Origin: Eledone cirrhosa
Taxonomy: Eukaryota
NCBI GenBank assembly: GCA_964016885.1
Contig: OZ024754.1
Location: 29,574,001-29,638,000 of the forward strand
Reading direction: 5' to 3'
DNA length: 64,000 nt
The notes beneath the pieces are model-generated. The model had not been told where the DNA came from. It did not search any database and saw only the letters and a list, made by a program, of their open reading frames with translations. The position numbers were made by a program, and so were the translations under genes. How positions within the stretch are numbered: the stretch's first letter is position 1; each line of letters begins with the position of its first letter. Positions 11,726 through 25,466 of this stretch are shown in pieces.

Positions 11726-12631
11726 CATGGTGGCTGCCAACTCGTTTTCGAGTACGGCCACTACTTTATATCCATGTAGGAGAACCCCTACCGATGCGCT
11801 GAACGAGTGTGACTTTTTAGTCCAGTCAGCGACTTGAAAACTCTGGTACAAACACTACACTTGTGACAATTATTGACACATAGTGCTGGGCCCATGGTAC
11901 CATGTGACGACAAGTGCAGAGAGATCTCCAGATATAAAGCAATGCCTGTGCCATGAAGCTTTTATAGTGAGCAAAGGCACTGCACAAAGCCAGTCCCACT
12001 CTCTTAACCAAGATGATAATTACCAAAAAGAAGAACAAGTCAACATCATTGGATACCATCAGGGTTGCAGGTGTTATATCAGAGTTTTCCTTCTCCTAGA
12101 ATTCTGCCTTGACAAAGGTTAAGGGGTCATACATACATACATACATACATACATACATACATACATACATACATACATACATACATACATACATACGTAC
12201 ATGCATACATACATACATGGTGGCTGCCAACTCGTTTTCGAGTACGGCCACTACTTTATATCCATGTAGGAGAACCCCTACCGAAGCGCTGAACGAGTGT
12301 GACTTTTTGTCCAGCCAGCGACTTGAAACCTCTGGTACAAACACTACACTTGTGACAATTATTGACACATAGTGCTGGGCCCATGGTACCATGTGAGGAC
12401 AAGTGCAGAGAGATCTCCAGATATAAAGCAATGCCTGTGCCGTGAAGCTTTTATAGTGAGCAAAGGCACTGCACAAAGCCAGTCCCACTCTCTTAACCAA
12501 GATGATATTTACCAAAAAGAAGAACAAGTCAACATCATTGGATACCATCAGGGTTGCAGGTGTTATATCAGAGTTTTCCTTCTCCTAGAATTCTGCCTTG
12601 ACAAAGGCTAAGGGGTCATCTCTCCCGGTGA
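11726..12631 (-). mobile_element. Tandem pair of a ~410-bp element separated and flanked by (ACAT)n; probably an RTE-related non-autonomous retroposon
   Basis: Two near-identical copies with period 489. The minus-strand 5' region has CTAGGAGAAGGAAAACTCTGA, reminiscent of RTE 5' UTRs, and the 3' end runs into a (TATG)n tail. Confidence 0.55.
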
Positions 12632-13149
12632 TACATACATACATACATACATACATACATGCATATATATATATATTATGCCTTTTGAGCCACCTTGTAT
12701 GTACATGAAAGTTCAGATATCACTTGTAGGTGGCGAATTGGTAGAATCGTTGTAACGTTTGTTTTTCATCCTTTAGTGGATGTGAGGGATGGTCGATAAA
12801 TAAAATAGCAATCCAGGGGCGGCGAATTGGCGTAATTTGACTCAGGTTGAATTATTGAGATATCTGATCTTGCTACGTGAGTTCTAAGTTCAAATCCCAC
12901 CTCCTTCTGTCAGGAATTGTAACAGGTAGACAATATCATCAACGGAAATCTCAATCGGTTCTTTTCTTGATGCTCAGTTCATTTAATTGTTTTTAATATC
13001 ACATGTTGACGCTATTATACATTAACTAAATAGGGGCGCCACAGTTTCTTGGGCATTTAAAACCTGGCGGACCCCATCTCACCAGATCTGAAGACAGCAA
13101 ATTTCTTCCAGAGAAGGATAGAGAATGAGAGAAAGCAAGTGAGAAAAAG

Positions 13150-13320
13150 ATATAGGCGCACAATCGACCCCAGTACTAGACTGGTACTTTTTTATCGACC
13201 TTGGAATAGATAAAAGGCAAAGTTGACCTCTACAAGATTTGAACTCAGAGGGCAAAGAACCGAAACGAATACCGCAAGGCATTCTATCCGATCTTCCAAC
13301 GACTGTCAATTGGCCGCCTT
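13150..13320 (-). mobile_element. Diverged Nin/Deu-type SINE
   Basis: CTGGTACTTTTTTATCGACC..AAAGGCAAAGTTGACCTC..GATTTGAACTCAGA. Confidence 0.65.
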
Positions 13321-14224
13321 ATAGCAATATGCATAACACATATAATCACCAATTATGTTAACCCCACAAGGAATGTGTTACGTTGATCAAACAACTGAAA
13401 CACTCATCATCGAAACCGATGATAGCTCATTCCATGAGCTAAGTCATATCAGTCAGTGCTATTATATGTCTTCCTTAGACACCAGCCAAACTACCACACT
13501 ATCCAGTGTATCATTTTATAAGTAGGTGAGGGTATATTTTGGGTGACATTAAGCTGGTATATCTAGCAGTTCACCCACAGATCACGAGGCCTTTTATTCC
13601 TTCGTGTCTTTTAAAATATTCGTATTGGTGATTCTGTTCACACGCCATTGAAGACGTGTGTAGTGAAAAAAAGATAGAGATCTAATATATGTGTTGTGTA
13701 TGTGTGTATGTGTATATGTGTATATGTGTATATCTGTGCCTGTGTGTATGTGTGCGTGTGCAGACATACGGGCACAAACACACACGCACGCACAATATGG
13801 TAAGTTCTTTTGCAGAAAGACTAAAATAGATAAATATTTTATAACCGTAGAGAAATTCCGAGAGTGACGGTATTACAACCATAGTTCAGAGTGTCCCAAA
13901 CATCTATAGAGACATCTTCTTACATCAAATAAATACATATATAAATATTTATGACTCCAGCTCTCTCTTTTTCAATCTACTAGCAAAAACACCAAATCAC
14001 ACAGAGAAAAACATATATGTTATACATAAAAGTTTTCGAAGGCTTATAGGTATTTCGATTTCTGTTTGTGAATATAATCATTCCGCATAAGCGTGCATTA
14101 GCTGGCATGCAGCATTACCAGATTCACATATATATATATGCATATAGACATAAACACATGCACACGCGTATTACATACACACGGGTGACACACACACACA
14201 CACACACTCACACACACACACACG

Positions 14225-14265
<41 letters not shown>

Positions 14266-14296
14266 ACACATATATGATAAAGAATAAATATAAATG

Positions 14297-14327
<31 letters not shown>

Positions 14328-15869
14328 AAATATATATGAGGGTGCATGCTTGTATGTATGTATGCATGTATATATAAATGCATACATGTATATAAATGGA
14401 TGTCTGTACAGATTTATCGGTGTTGAAGCGTGGTGCCAATATACACACGTAGTTAAGCGAATGTCAATTTCGAAATCTAATTATAAAGACCGCCATAAAA
14501 TCCACACATTTTGAGAGAAAAAGTACAACAGAGGATTATAACTGGATGAATGGGCTGTGAAAATTCGTTTGAAAGCTAAATCGTATTTCTGTGAACGTCT
14601 CACTGTAATTACCTATGTCTCATTTTAATACTGACGCCACGAATGAAAAGGAACGAAAAAGCAATATACCTTTCTTTTTTAATCTTCAGAGTCACTGATT
14701 TACTGTGTTAACGAAAATCGATTCAAACTAGTCGCATGTCAATATAGAAAATGGTGTTTGAACACGTAGAGAAAGTTAACTTGCTTCTAACCCCAACACA
14801 AAATACATCATTTACGCATCGTATTTTGAGTAGGACATGTTTCGTCAAAAAGGAAAACAATGGATCCCCTCCTGAATTATCTAAATACCACAAGGTATGT
14901 TGTCTTTCTCTGAACAATTTTTATGAATGCCAAACGAAATAAATTTACCTAAGGATAGAAAATTAAGAAAATCCTTTATACTTAAACGAAAAGAGCATCT
15001 ACTGCAGAACGAAACTTTAATTGAATAAGTTCAGTTGATTCAGGATTATATGTAAATACATTAACACCATTCAAGATTTCATGAGGTAGATAAAGGGAGA
15101 TAATCAATAATATCACGATCACTGTCAGTCATCAGGATAAAAATTAATGCTTGGAAAGGTTTTAAATGAAAGTAAAATTCATTTACTGCAGCGCAAGATG
15201 AGTAATATATATATATATATATATATACCCTCTAGAAAAAGTTGATGATATCTCCAAATAATCAGTATGAAGATTTGAAGTTCCTTCTTGTACACAACAG
15301 AAGAATTGAGTAACTGATACTGGTCTTGGTCAACACTGATTTAGTTTTATGTTACACAATCTTCTTTGTTTCACTTAATGTCAGAGAAATCTGTGTTAAC
15401 TTACATCGAGATTTTGGTATGGATAGATTTAAAAAGAAATATAACTTCAAATCGAAACAAAATGAAAACGAATATATAGATATTATAAGTGAAATGAAGG
15501 GGGCTCTCTGCTAATTCTTAAGTAATTTACATTCTGCATACAATCGTGTGTATATTGAGTTAAAATATTATGTGTGTGTACCAAATAGTTTAGGTTTTCC
15601 TAGAAATATAATAGTAGCACCAGTTGGTAAAGAAAGCTACACGTTACAGACTATACATACCCTAAATGGTATCAATAACGGGCCAGTCAAGTGGAACTCA
15701 TCTACTTGAAGAAGAATCAGTTTTTGCAATGTAATTCGTGAATTATACAGTGCTCCCACCTTTCACATCGCCCAATTTACATATATTACCTATTGGCCAG
15801 TGTCAGAGAGTCTTAGCAATCCCAACCATATATTGCAAACATAATACATAAACTCAATCATTATATTAG

Positions 15870-15960
15870 AAATCCCGCCGAGGTTAACTTTGCCTTTCAT
15901 CCTTACGGGGTCGATAAAATAAAGTACCAGTAATGCACTGTGCCTAAAGTAGAAACAATT
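15870..15960 (+). mobile_element. 5'-truncated SINE
   Basis: Matches the SINE consensus from the B box to the 3' end. Confidence 0.75.
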
Positions 15961-17768
15961 ATATTAGAAACCTGCAGTTAACATCATGTGTATATAACTA
16001 GATCGTATCAGAAAGAATTAATAGTTTTGATATTGTATTAGGAGCAGAAGTAGCACATAACGTATTCCCTTACAGTGAAGGTGCATAGGTTAATGGTTAG
16101 AACGTTGGCCTTACAATTGTAAAGTTATGAGTTCAATGTTTGGATAAGGCAGTGCGTTGTGTCCTTGGCCAAGACACTTTATTTCCCGTTACTCCAGTGG
16201 GCGACTGATGGTCTTCCACAAATAACGGAGGGGAACTTTCTAGATGCAAATCCCAAGGTCGTCCGTGACCGAAGGGGGTATTTACCCTTTATCCTATTCC
16301 CTCATATTAGAGACAAGCACATAACATCACAAATGGCCATTATACAACGAAGAACAACATTTCGTTATACCATTGCAAAAATTTCTTAGAATGTCTGCTT
16401 GAAAGACATGACATTTTGATGGAATTCTTTCTGGAATGACAGTATATACACCACCTTCAGATCAGATGAAATTCTCCTCTTATTTTTAAAGATTAGCATC
16501 AATGATTATATAAATTCCTGTATTATTTGCGAACATTAACTTATCAAGCATTTGGTTGTAAAGGTGAATTATCCTTAAAACAATTTATTCAACCTATCGT
16601 GTGTGATGCTGGCTGATTTGTGGTTATTGCCTTTTGGGCTCAGAGCAACCAGCTTTGTTACGTTTCACTGAATGAGTAAAAGCATTCCTCTTTTAATCTT
16701 TGTAACATTGTACATTTGTCAGATGGATTGACATTGTTCCACACATTTTGACCTACGGTTCAAGTTAGGAATTTTCTAACATATCACGCACATTATAACA
16801 AGCTTATATTTACCTTTTCTTTTATCAGAAGTTCTTTAAGTATCATTTGTCTTCAAGATATGTTAAAATCTGAATATATATCATTTCATCGTGTTTCAAT
16901 CTTTACACTAATCTTCTTAAGCAAACTAAGCTAACTTGTCTGGCTATATTGGCTATATAAGATTCCTTTTAAGCATGGATTCACTTATCCCGTGAAGTGG
17001 AGTTTTCTCGTAGAATAGTCTTTTATTAGAGTGGATGCTTTTAGGATGCTTTCAGTATATCAGAGGCCACTTTATCATTAAAGTATTTCAGATATACACA
17101 ATACAGCTAGATGAATTACATATATATAGATAGATGAATGAAATAAGTAATATTAATTGTACTGTTAAAATGTGTATAAAGTGCCTACAGTGGTATACGA
17201 CGGATTTTAATCCAAACTAATAGGAATTTTTGTTGCTATTTAATCCACTTGGGTACTACACTCTTTCACTTATCATACGTACAATGTTTACCATTAAGAG
17301 ATCAGTGGATTACACAGCAATGCTACCAGAATGTAATGTATCAGGTTAAATGTAAATTATAAAACGACCATATGTTCTTAGTCTCAGGTAAATTGTACCA
17401 TTTGTTTGAATTTTAAGTTTTTTTTATTATTTAGAGTGGGTCTAAATACAGAAATACATTTTACTAAGACCTATTGCTGTGTGATTTACTTCAAAATTAA
17501 AATTACTCTGGCAGGATCAGTTTATCTCCTCCCAACGAGAGGAGTGATATAATGATGTATAGTCTAAATATGTCAGCTGTAAGATCCTACTTGAAACTCT
17601 AACTGACGCAGTTTCTGATAAATAAATACATCATAACGTCTCTGAAGAAGGGAGTGATAAGAAATGGGAGAGTGGAAGATGGAGATGAAATACATAAATA
17701 ATCAAATAGATAGAAGAAAAAGTTGAAACTAAAATCTAAAATGGAATAAAAGATAAAGAAAGAACACA

Positions 17769-17876
<108 letters not shown>

Positions 17877-17983
17877 CGCATACACACACACATATATATA
17901 TAGATCTATGTATATATCTATATCTAGGGCGGGTAAAATTCCCGATATATATATATATATATATATTTATATGTATATATATA

Positions 17984-18034
<51 letters not shown>

Positions 18035-19281
18035 ATAAATTATCGAGATTCGCATTTCGGCCCACGAAATAACGAAAAACAACCTCCGAGATGTGCGGCA
18101 AGTGCTCAATGATTCAGATGAACCAGAGCTATAACAAACGTTAAAGGCCAAACACACTGAGACGATGGTTAAACAATCATTCGCATAGCCAAAAAAACGA
18201 ACAAGTAATTCGGGTATTGAAAATTTACCCTGACCCCTGGAAGGTTGGTAAAATCCAGTATATGGGTTTCTGCGGCTCCTAAATCAAGTACCGTCCGCTT
18301 ACATAAATAATGTCAGGCTTCTGGTAAGATGATTGAACAAGGAAGCCACTTTCTCAACAGGTTTTAGTTCAATGTTAATACAAGGACTGACTATTGCTGA
18401 CCCCACGTGGGGATCGGCAAGGGAGGCAACCCCTATATCAGGCGAATGAATTCAGTTGTGTATATTTTTGCAAGAATGCAAAAACATCACAAATATATAT
18501 ATGTATATCTACATATGTATGTATATAAAATAAAATTTCAGGTTATCAATAATGTAGTGATAATATATCGTTACGTTAGAGATGAACAGCGTACGTGCAG
18601 GTTTGCTCAACGAGTATAAATTATATTCCGGAGAAAATGTAGAAAGGATGAATATAAAATGAAAGTGCTTTTGTTAAAAAAGGAATTTATTAGGTATTGA
18701 CATATGTTTCTGTAACAGACCGAATACCTATGTATCGCTGCTTGCGTAATCATATAATGTTAGCAAGTATTCGATAGCAAATGTATAATCAGTTGTCACT
18801 TCTTCAGAGATTTTGGATAAATTGGATAAAATCAGAAAAATTGAAGTATTTATATTAGTAAAGGAGGAAGGAACAGAGGGGATAGTATATGACAGATGGT
18901 AAATTAATTTACTGCTAAACAAGTATATAATGGGTTTCTAATGAGAATACCATGAGTAAATCTAAATAAGAATTTTGGGAGTGCCAATTTTAATCTCTAC
19001 TTGACCAACTGGACAGTGGACAGGGCTGGTCATTTGGTGCAGTAGTATTAATTATAAAGTGTCAATTGGGGAAAAGGGGAGATTTCGATTGCTACTAAAT
19101 AACATCAATGCTAGTAGCCAGCTGGTATATGCATTAGGGAATTGAATCAAGAAATCAGAAATCTCATTTTATCTATAGCAGTTTGTATTAAAAGGTAAAT
19201 AATAGAAGAGTTGATAGAATTAAGACTAATAAAGAATGTTCATATCTATTTTGACAATCAAACGGGGATAGAGACAGGCGT

Positions 19282-19567
19282 TCAATCCTGGTAGTATTTA
19301 TAATATGAAAATGTAGATTTTAAGTGATGGTTACAGTATAACGATCGCTCTATTCTGTTATTTAATAAAATGTTTTTGGATTTCATAATACAAAATAATT
19401 CTACATTACATAATTTACAAAATTCCTGTCCATGGGAATAGGGGGGGGGGCAGCCGCTATTATATCCCATTTTAGGTGAAATTGTTGGTTATTTTCACGC
19501 AGCTGCCAAGCCTTGTCTGCGAGTGTTATTACATAACGCTGGTTTTCATGTTTTATCGAGTAACGAT

Positions 19568-19570
<3 letters not shown>
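19282..19570 (-). pseudogene. PLE endonuclease C-terminal fragment (Hydra-clade-like), truncated at (TA)n
   Basis: HRYSIKHENQRYVITLADKAWQLRENNQQFHLKWDII / YSHGQEFCKLCNVELFCI..LLNNRIERSLYCNHH. Frameshift in a G run; homologous to 3433-3699. Confidence 0.75.
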
Positions 19571-19620
<50 letters not shown>

Positions 19621-20742
19621 TGTGTGTACACATGTGTATGTACATATATATGTGTGTAGGGGGGACTAACAGCTGATGGTTGACTAACAACGGCACGTGC
19701 TTTCTCTCCTATTAACCTTTCTTTATTTTCTTTCTTTCCACTAGGTGTGTTCGTGTTTGATCAACAGAACAGCCTGCTCGTGAACTTAGAGTGACAGGGT
19801 CTCAACATTCTACACACATTCCAAGGAAAACTACAATGATGTATTATTTAGGTTAAAGTATGAATCCAGAGAATCTATGTATATCAATTTATATGTACGA
19901 TTTCAAATGTGGACGCAGAATTACTTATGTAGTCCACCCGAAGGGCTTAAAAATACTTTGTCTTCCCAATTTCACTCACAAGTATTGGACCAACTTGAGA
20001 TAACATTCCTCAAGATGACGTGCAGTTAAATCGAACACGGGAGCTGATGCTTGCGAAGCGAACTTCATAACAGATATGCTTACAGCTATCCAACATGTCA
20101 CTCTATTTAATCGAATCTGGGACGTAATGATTGCGAAGCTAACTTAACAATTCCACCAAGCTGTGTGTACATTCGGAAGCATATCATTACAATTCCTGAT
20201 AGATTGCCTAGATTCTGTATAACTCATAACGTCACCTCATCATTATACATTAATGTTATGTCATTTAGAAAATGACAATAGGAAAATCCATCAGCGACCA
20301 AGCGATAAATATCATGTTACGACGTATTGATATTATTTACTACGTTCTTGATACTTTATATCTCTTGAGAGTCTGCTATCTTCTTTTAATAATCTCTTCT
20401 TGTTTTGATTTCCTGCGTTTAATATTGTCTGTTTTGCTTTTACTTCATTATATTTTACGATAAATTTGTATTAAATGAAGGTGACGGAATGACGCAGACG
20501 TTACAACGTCCTCTAGAATGTTTTGCGGTATTTGTTCCTGTACTAAGTTCAAATCCTGCCGAGCTCAACTTTTCGTTTTTCGTTTTATCCTTCGTAGGTC
20601 GATAAAATTAGTACCAATCCCTTATTTCGGGTAGATTCAACCTTTATATCTTTTCACACTTCTTTCTCTCTCCACTCTCTCTTTCTCTCTCTCTCACTCT
20701 CGCCCTCTCTCTCTCTCTCTCTCAAAAAAAAAAAATATATAT

Positions 20743-20773
<31 letters not shown>

Positions 20774-21098
20774 CATACATACATATATATATATATGTGT
20801 GTATTAAAAACAAATAACGAAACGAAATTAAATTTCGTTTCGTTTGTAACTCACTTTTGTATGACTGATGCTTAAACAATTAAGTCAAAAATGTACATCC
20901 ACATATGTATACTGAAATACTAGTATGCATATGAATACACACACGTATACATATGTAGATGTACCGAGTTTTTCACTGGTCACTTTACCGTGAGTGTCCA
21001 ACTATTCTGTATGTAAACACACAGACAAACCGGTTTTTAGAGTCATACTGGTTTTTGAGGAAACACCTTTCCTCTATTCCCCAGAAAGCCAGACAAGG

Positions 21099-21143
21099 AA
21101 TATTGAACTAGTTTCGTTGTTGTTACAACTCATCAGCAATATT
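21099..21143 (-). ncRNA. Hammerhead ribozyme, inverted copy of array C
   Basis: Reverse complement of 21879-21923. Confidence 0.85.
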
Positions 21144-21878
21144 TACCTATCTTCCGGCCTCTCTAGAGAATCGTAAAAGCACATATCGTTATATGCTTTT
21201 TCTATGAAAATTAGTAGTGGGCAGACTAATTTGCATAGAGCGTGAGTACGTACCGGTTCAACGGAGACGATAAAAACAAATAACGAAACGAAATTAAATT
21301 TCGTTTCGTTTGTAACTCACTTTTGTATGACTGATGCTTAAACAATTAAGTCAAAAATGTACATCCACATATGTATACTGAAATACTAGTATGCATATGA
21401 ATACACACACGTATACATATGTAGATGTACCGAGTTTTTCACTGGTCACTTTACCGTGAGTGTCCAGCTATTCTGTATGTAAACACACAGACAAACCGGT
21501 TTTTAGAGTATGACTCTAAAAACCGGTTTGTCTGTGTGTTTACATACAGAATAGCTGGACACTCACGGTAAAGTGACCAGTGAAAAACTCGGTACATCTA
21601 CATATGTATACGTGTGTGTATTCATATGCATACTAGTATTTCAGTATACATATGTGGATGTACATTTTTGACTTAATTGTTTAAGCATCAGTCATACAAA
21701 AGTGAGTTACAAACGAAACGAAATTTAATTTCGTTTCGTTATTTGTTTTTATCGTCTCCGTTGAACCGGTACGTACTCACGCTCTATGCAAATTAGTCTG
21801 CCCACTACTAATTTTCATAGAAAAAGCATATAACGATATGTGCTTTTACGATTCTCTAGAGAGGCCGGAAGATAGGTA

Positions 21879-21923
21879 AATATTGCTGATGAGTTGTAAC
21901 AACAACGAAACTAGTTCAATATT
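21879..21923 (+). ncRNA. Minimal type I hammerhead ribozyme (array C; repeated at 22345, 22811, 23277, 23743 and 24209)
   Basis: AAUAUUG-CUGAUGA-GUUG(UAACAA)CAAC-GAAA-CUAG-UU/CAAUAUU. Perfect 7-bp stem I, canonical core, palindromic AACUAGUU stem III. Confidence 0.92.
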
Positions 21924-24600
21924 CCTTGTCTGGCTTTCTGGAGAATAGAGGAAAGGTGTTTCCTCAAAAACCAGTATGACTCTAAAAACCGGTTTGTCTG
22001 TGTGTTTACATACAGAATAGCTGGACACTCACGGTAAAGTGACCAGTGAAAAACTCGGTACATCTACATATGTATACGTGTGTGTATTCATATGCATACT
22101 AGTATTTCAGTATACATATGTGGATGTACATTTTTGACTTAATTGTTTAAGCATCAGTCATACAAAAGTGAGTTACAAACGAAACGAAATTTAATTTCGT
22201 TTCGTTATTTGTTTTTATCGTCTCCGTTGAACCGGTACGTACTCACGCTCTATGCAAATTAGTATGCCCACTACTAATTTTCATAGAAAAAGCATATAAC
22301 TATATGTGCTTTTACGATTCTCTAGAGAGGCCGGAAGATAGGTAAATATTGCTGATGAGTTGTAACAACAACGAAACTAGTTCAATATTCCTTGTCTGGC
22401 TTTCTGGAGAATAGAGGAAAGGTGTTTCCTCAAAAACCAGTATGACTCTAAAAACCGATTTGTCTGTGTGTTTACATACAGAATAGCTGGACACTCACGG
22501 TAAAGTGACCAGTGAAAAACTCGGTACATCTACATATGTATACGTGTGTGTATTCATATGCATACTAGTATTTCAGTATACATATGTGGATGTACATTTT
22601 TGACTTAATTGTTTAAGCATCAGTCATACAAAAGTGAGTTACAAACGAAACGAAATTTAATTTCGTTTCGTTATTTGTTTTTATCGTCTCCGTTGAACCG
22701 GTACGTACTCACGCTCTATGTAAATTAGTCTGCCCACTACTAATTTTCATAGAAAAAGCATATAACGATATGTGCTTTTACGATTCTCTAGAGAGGCCGG
22801 AAGATAGGTAAATATTGCTGATGAGTTGTAACAACAACGAAACTAGTTCAATATTCCTTGTCTGGCTTTCTGGGGAATAGAGGAAAGGTGTTTCCTCAAA
22901 AACCAGTATGACTCTAAAAACCGGTTTGTCTGTGTGTTTACATACAGAATAGCTGGACACTCACGGTAAAGTGACCAGTGAAAAACTCGGTACATCTACA
23001 TATGTATACGTGTGTGTATTCATATGCATACTAGTATTTCAGTATACATATGTGGATGTACATTTTTGACTTAATTGTTTAAGCATCAGTCATACAAAAG
23101 TGAGTTACAAACGAAACGAAATTTAATTTCGTTTCGTTATTTGTTTTTATCGTCTCCGTTGAACCGGTACGTACTCACGCTCTATGCAAATTAGTCTGCC
23201 CACTACTAATTTTCATAGAAAAAGCATATAACGATATGTGCTTTTACGATTCTCTAGAGAGGCCGGAAGATAGGTAAATATTGCTGATGAGTTGTAACAA
23301 CAACGAAACTAGTTCAATATTCCTTGTCTGGCTTTCTGGAGAATAGAGGAAAGGTGTTTCCTCAAAAACCAGTATGACTCTAAAAACCGGTTTGTCTGTG
23401 TGTTTACATACAGAATAGCTGGACACTCACGGTAAAGTGACCAGTGAAAAACTCGGTACATCTACATATGTATACGTGTGTGTATTCATATGCATACTAG
23501 TATTTCAGTATACATATGTGGATGTACATTTTTGACTTAATTGTTTAAGCATCAGTCATACAAAAGTGAGTTACAAACGAAACGAAATTTAATTTCGTTT
23601 CGTTATTTGTGTTTATCGTCTCCGTTGAACCGGTACGTACTCACGCTCTATGCAAATTAGTCTGCCCACTACTAATTTTCATAGAAAAAGCATATAACGA
23701 TATGTGCTTTTACGATTCTCTAGAGAGGCCGGAAGATAGGTAAATATTGCTGATGAGTTGTAACAACAACGAAACTAGTTCAATATTCCTTGTCTGGCTT
23801 TCTGGGGAATAGAGGAAAGGTGTTTCCTCAAAAACCAGTATGACTCTAAAAACCGGTTTGTCTGTGTGTTTACATACAGAATAGCTGGACACTCACGGTA
23901 AAGTGACCAGTGAAAAACTCGGTACATCTACATATGTATACGTGTGTGTATTCATATGCATACTAGTATTTCAGTATACATATGTGGATGTACATTTTTG
24001 ACTTAATTGTTTAAGCATCAGTCATACAAAAGTGAGTTACAAACGAAACGAAATTTAATTTCGTTTCGTTATTTGTTTTTATCGTCTCCGTTGAACCGGT
24101 ACGTACTCACGCTCTATGCAAATTAGTCTGCCCACTACTAATTTTCATAGAAAAAGCATATAACGATATGTGCTTTTACGATTCTCTAGAGAGGCCGGAA
24201 GATAGGTAAATATTGCTGATGAGTTGTAACAACAACGAAACTAGTTCAATATTCCTTGTCTGGCTTTCTGGGGAATAGAGGAAAGGTGTTTCCTCAAAAA
24301 CCAGTATGACTCTAAAAACCGGTTTGTCTGTGTGTTTACATACAGAATAGCTGGACACTCACGGTAAAGTGACCAGTGAAAAACTCGGTACATCTACATA
24401 TGTATACGTGTGTGTATTCATATGCATACTAGTATTTCAGTATACATATGTGGATGTACATTTTTGACTTAATTGTTTATGTGTGTATTCATATATATAT
24501 ATATATACATATATACATATATACATATATATATATATACATACATATATATATATGTGTGTATACATATATGTGTATATATACATATATACACACACAC

Positions 24601-24676
<76 letters not shown>

Positions 24677-25076
24677 TATATATATAAGTAATCAGCCAAC
24701 AACAACCATGTACGACTCCATTAAAAGGACCCAAGGATGTATTAAACTTTGTGAGGATTTACGAAGTGGTTCCTTTCAAATTCATTACATATTATGTTAA
24801 CATATTTAAAGAAGCATGTATAATTCGATAAATCCCTTTTTAGTTTTAATATCAACAAACCTCAATTCAGCATTATTTAATAAATTACGCGGACAACAAC
24901 TAATTATTGTTGGACATCCGTTAGGTACGACGATGGGTGTTCCTCTTGTTTGACTAACAGGTCATTCCACAGTTATGTATACCCATCACGTAAGACATTG
25001 AATGTGACACTATATGTGAGAGAAAATTCTATATATTCACAGATACACAGTTAAATTTATGATCATTATATTCAAT

Positions 25077-25263
25077 GTGGTGGATTGGCAGTATCGGTAG
25101 AGAGTCGGACTCCATGCTTTGCAGCACAGTTACGGCGCTTTACGGTCTGAGTTCAAATCCCGCCGAGGTTAACTTTGCCTTTCATCCTTACGGGGTCGAT
25201 AAAATAAAGTACCAGTAATGTACTGGGATAATTGCTGGCCTTGTGCCAAAAGTAGAAACAATT
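25077..25263 (+). mobile_element. Full-length Nin/Deu-type SINE
   Basis: A box, B box, central domain and 3' GCTGGCCTTGTGCCAAAAGTAGAAACAATT all present. Confidence 0.85.
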
Positions 25264-25466
25264 ATATTCAATATACATAAATATTCTACATGCATTTTTG
25301 TATAATTTATTTCTGCAATTTGACGTTAAGGTTAACATGCATCTTCGGAATATTCAACCAGTTGCACGTTAAACCACGTTATATCATAAGTATGAAATCA
25401 GTATATCCCCTTCATGATTATTAATCAACAGGCTACTGTTTGCACTATCTCCCAGTAATGTAGAAT

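Larger units (their letters stand above)
20805..24478 (+). mobile_element. Tandem array C: ~6.4 direct copies of a 466-bp HHR unit (21513-24478) preceded by a 705-bp inverted copy
   Basis: Exact 466-bp period with only scattered substitutions. Fold-back junction AGAGT-ATG-ACTCT at 21505-21517. Flanked by TA/CA microsatellites. Confidence 0.93.

Noticed and set aside
20994-24358. Repeated 60-aa ORF MSSYSVCKH.. in array C
   Set aside because: It has a GTG start, is antisense to the HHR and resembles no known protein. Identity between copies only reflects recent duplication.
20805-24478. CRISPR-like array
   Set aside because: Whole 466-bp units are identical, with no unique spacers and no cas genes, in a eukaryotic context.
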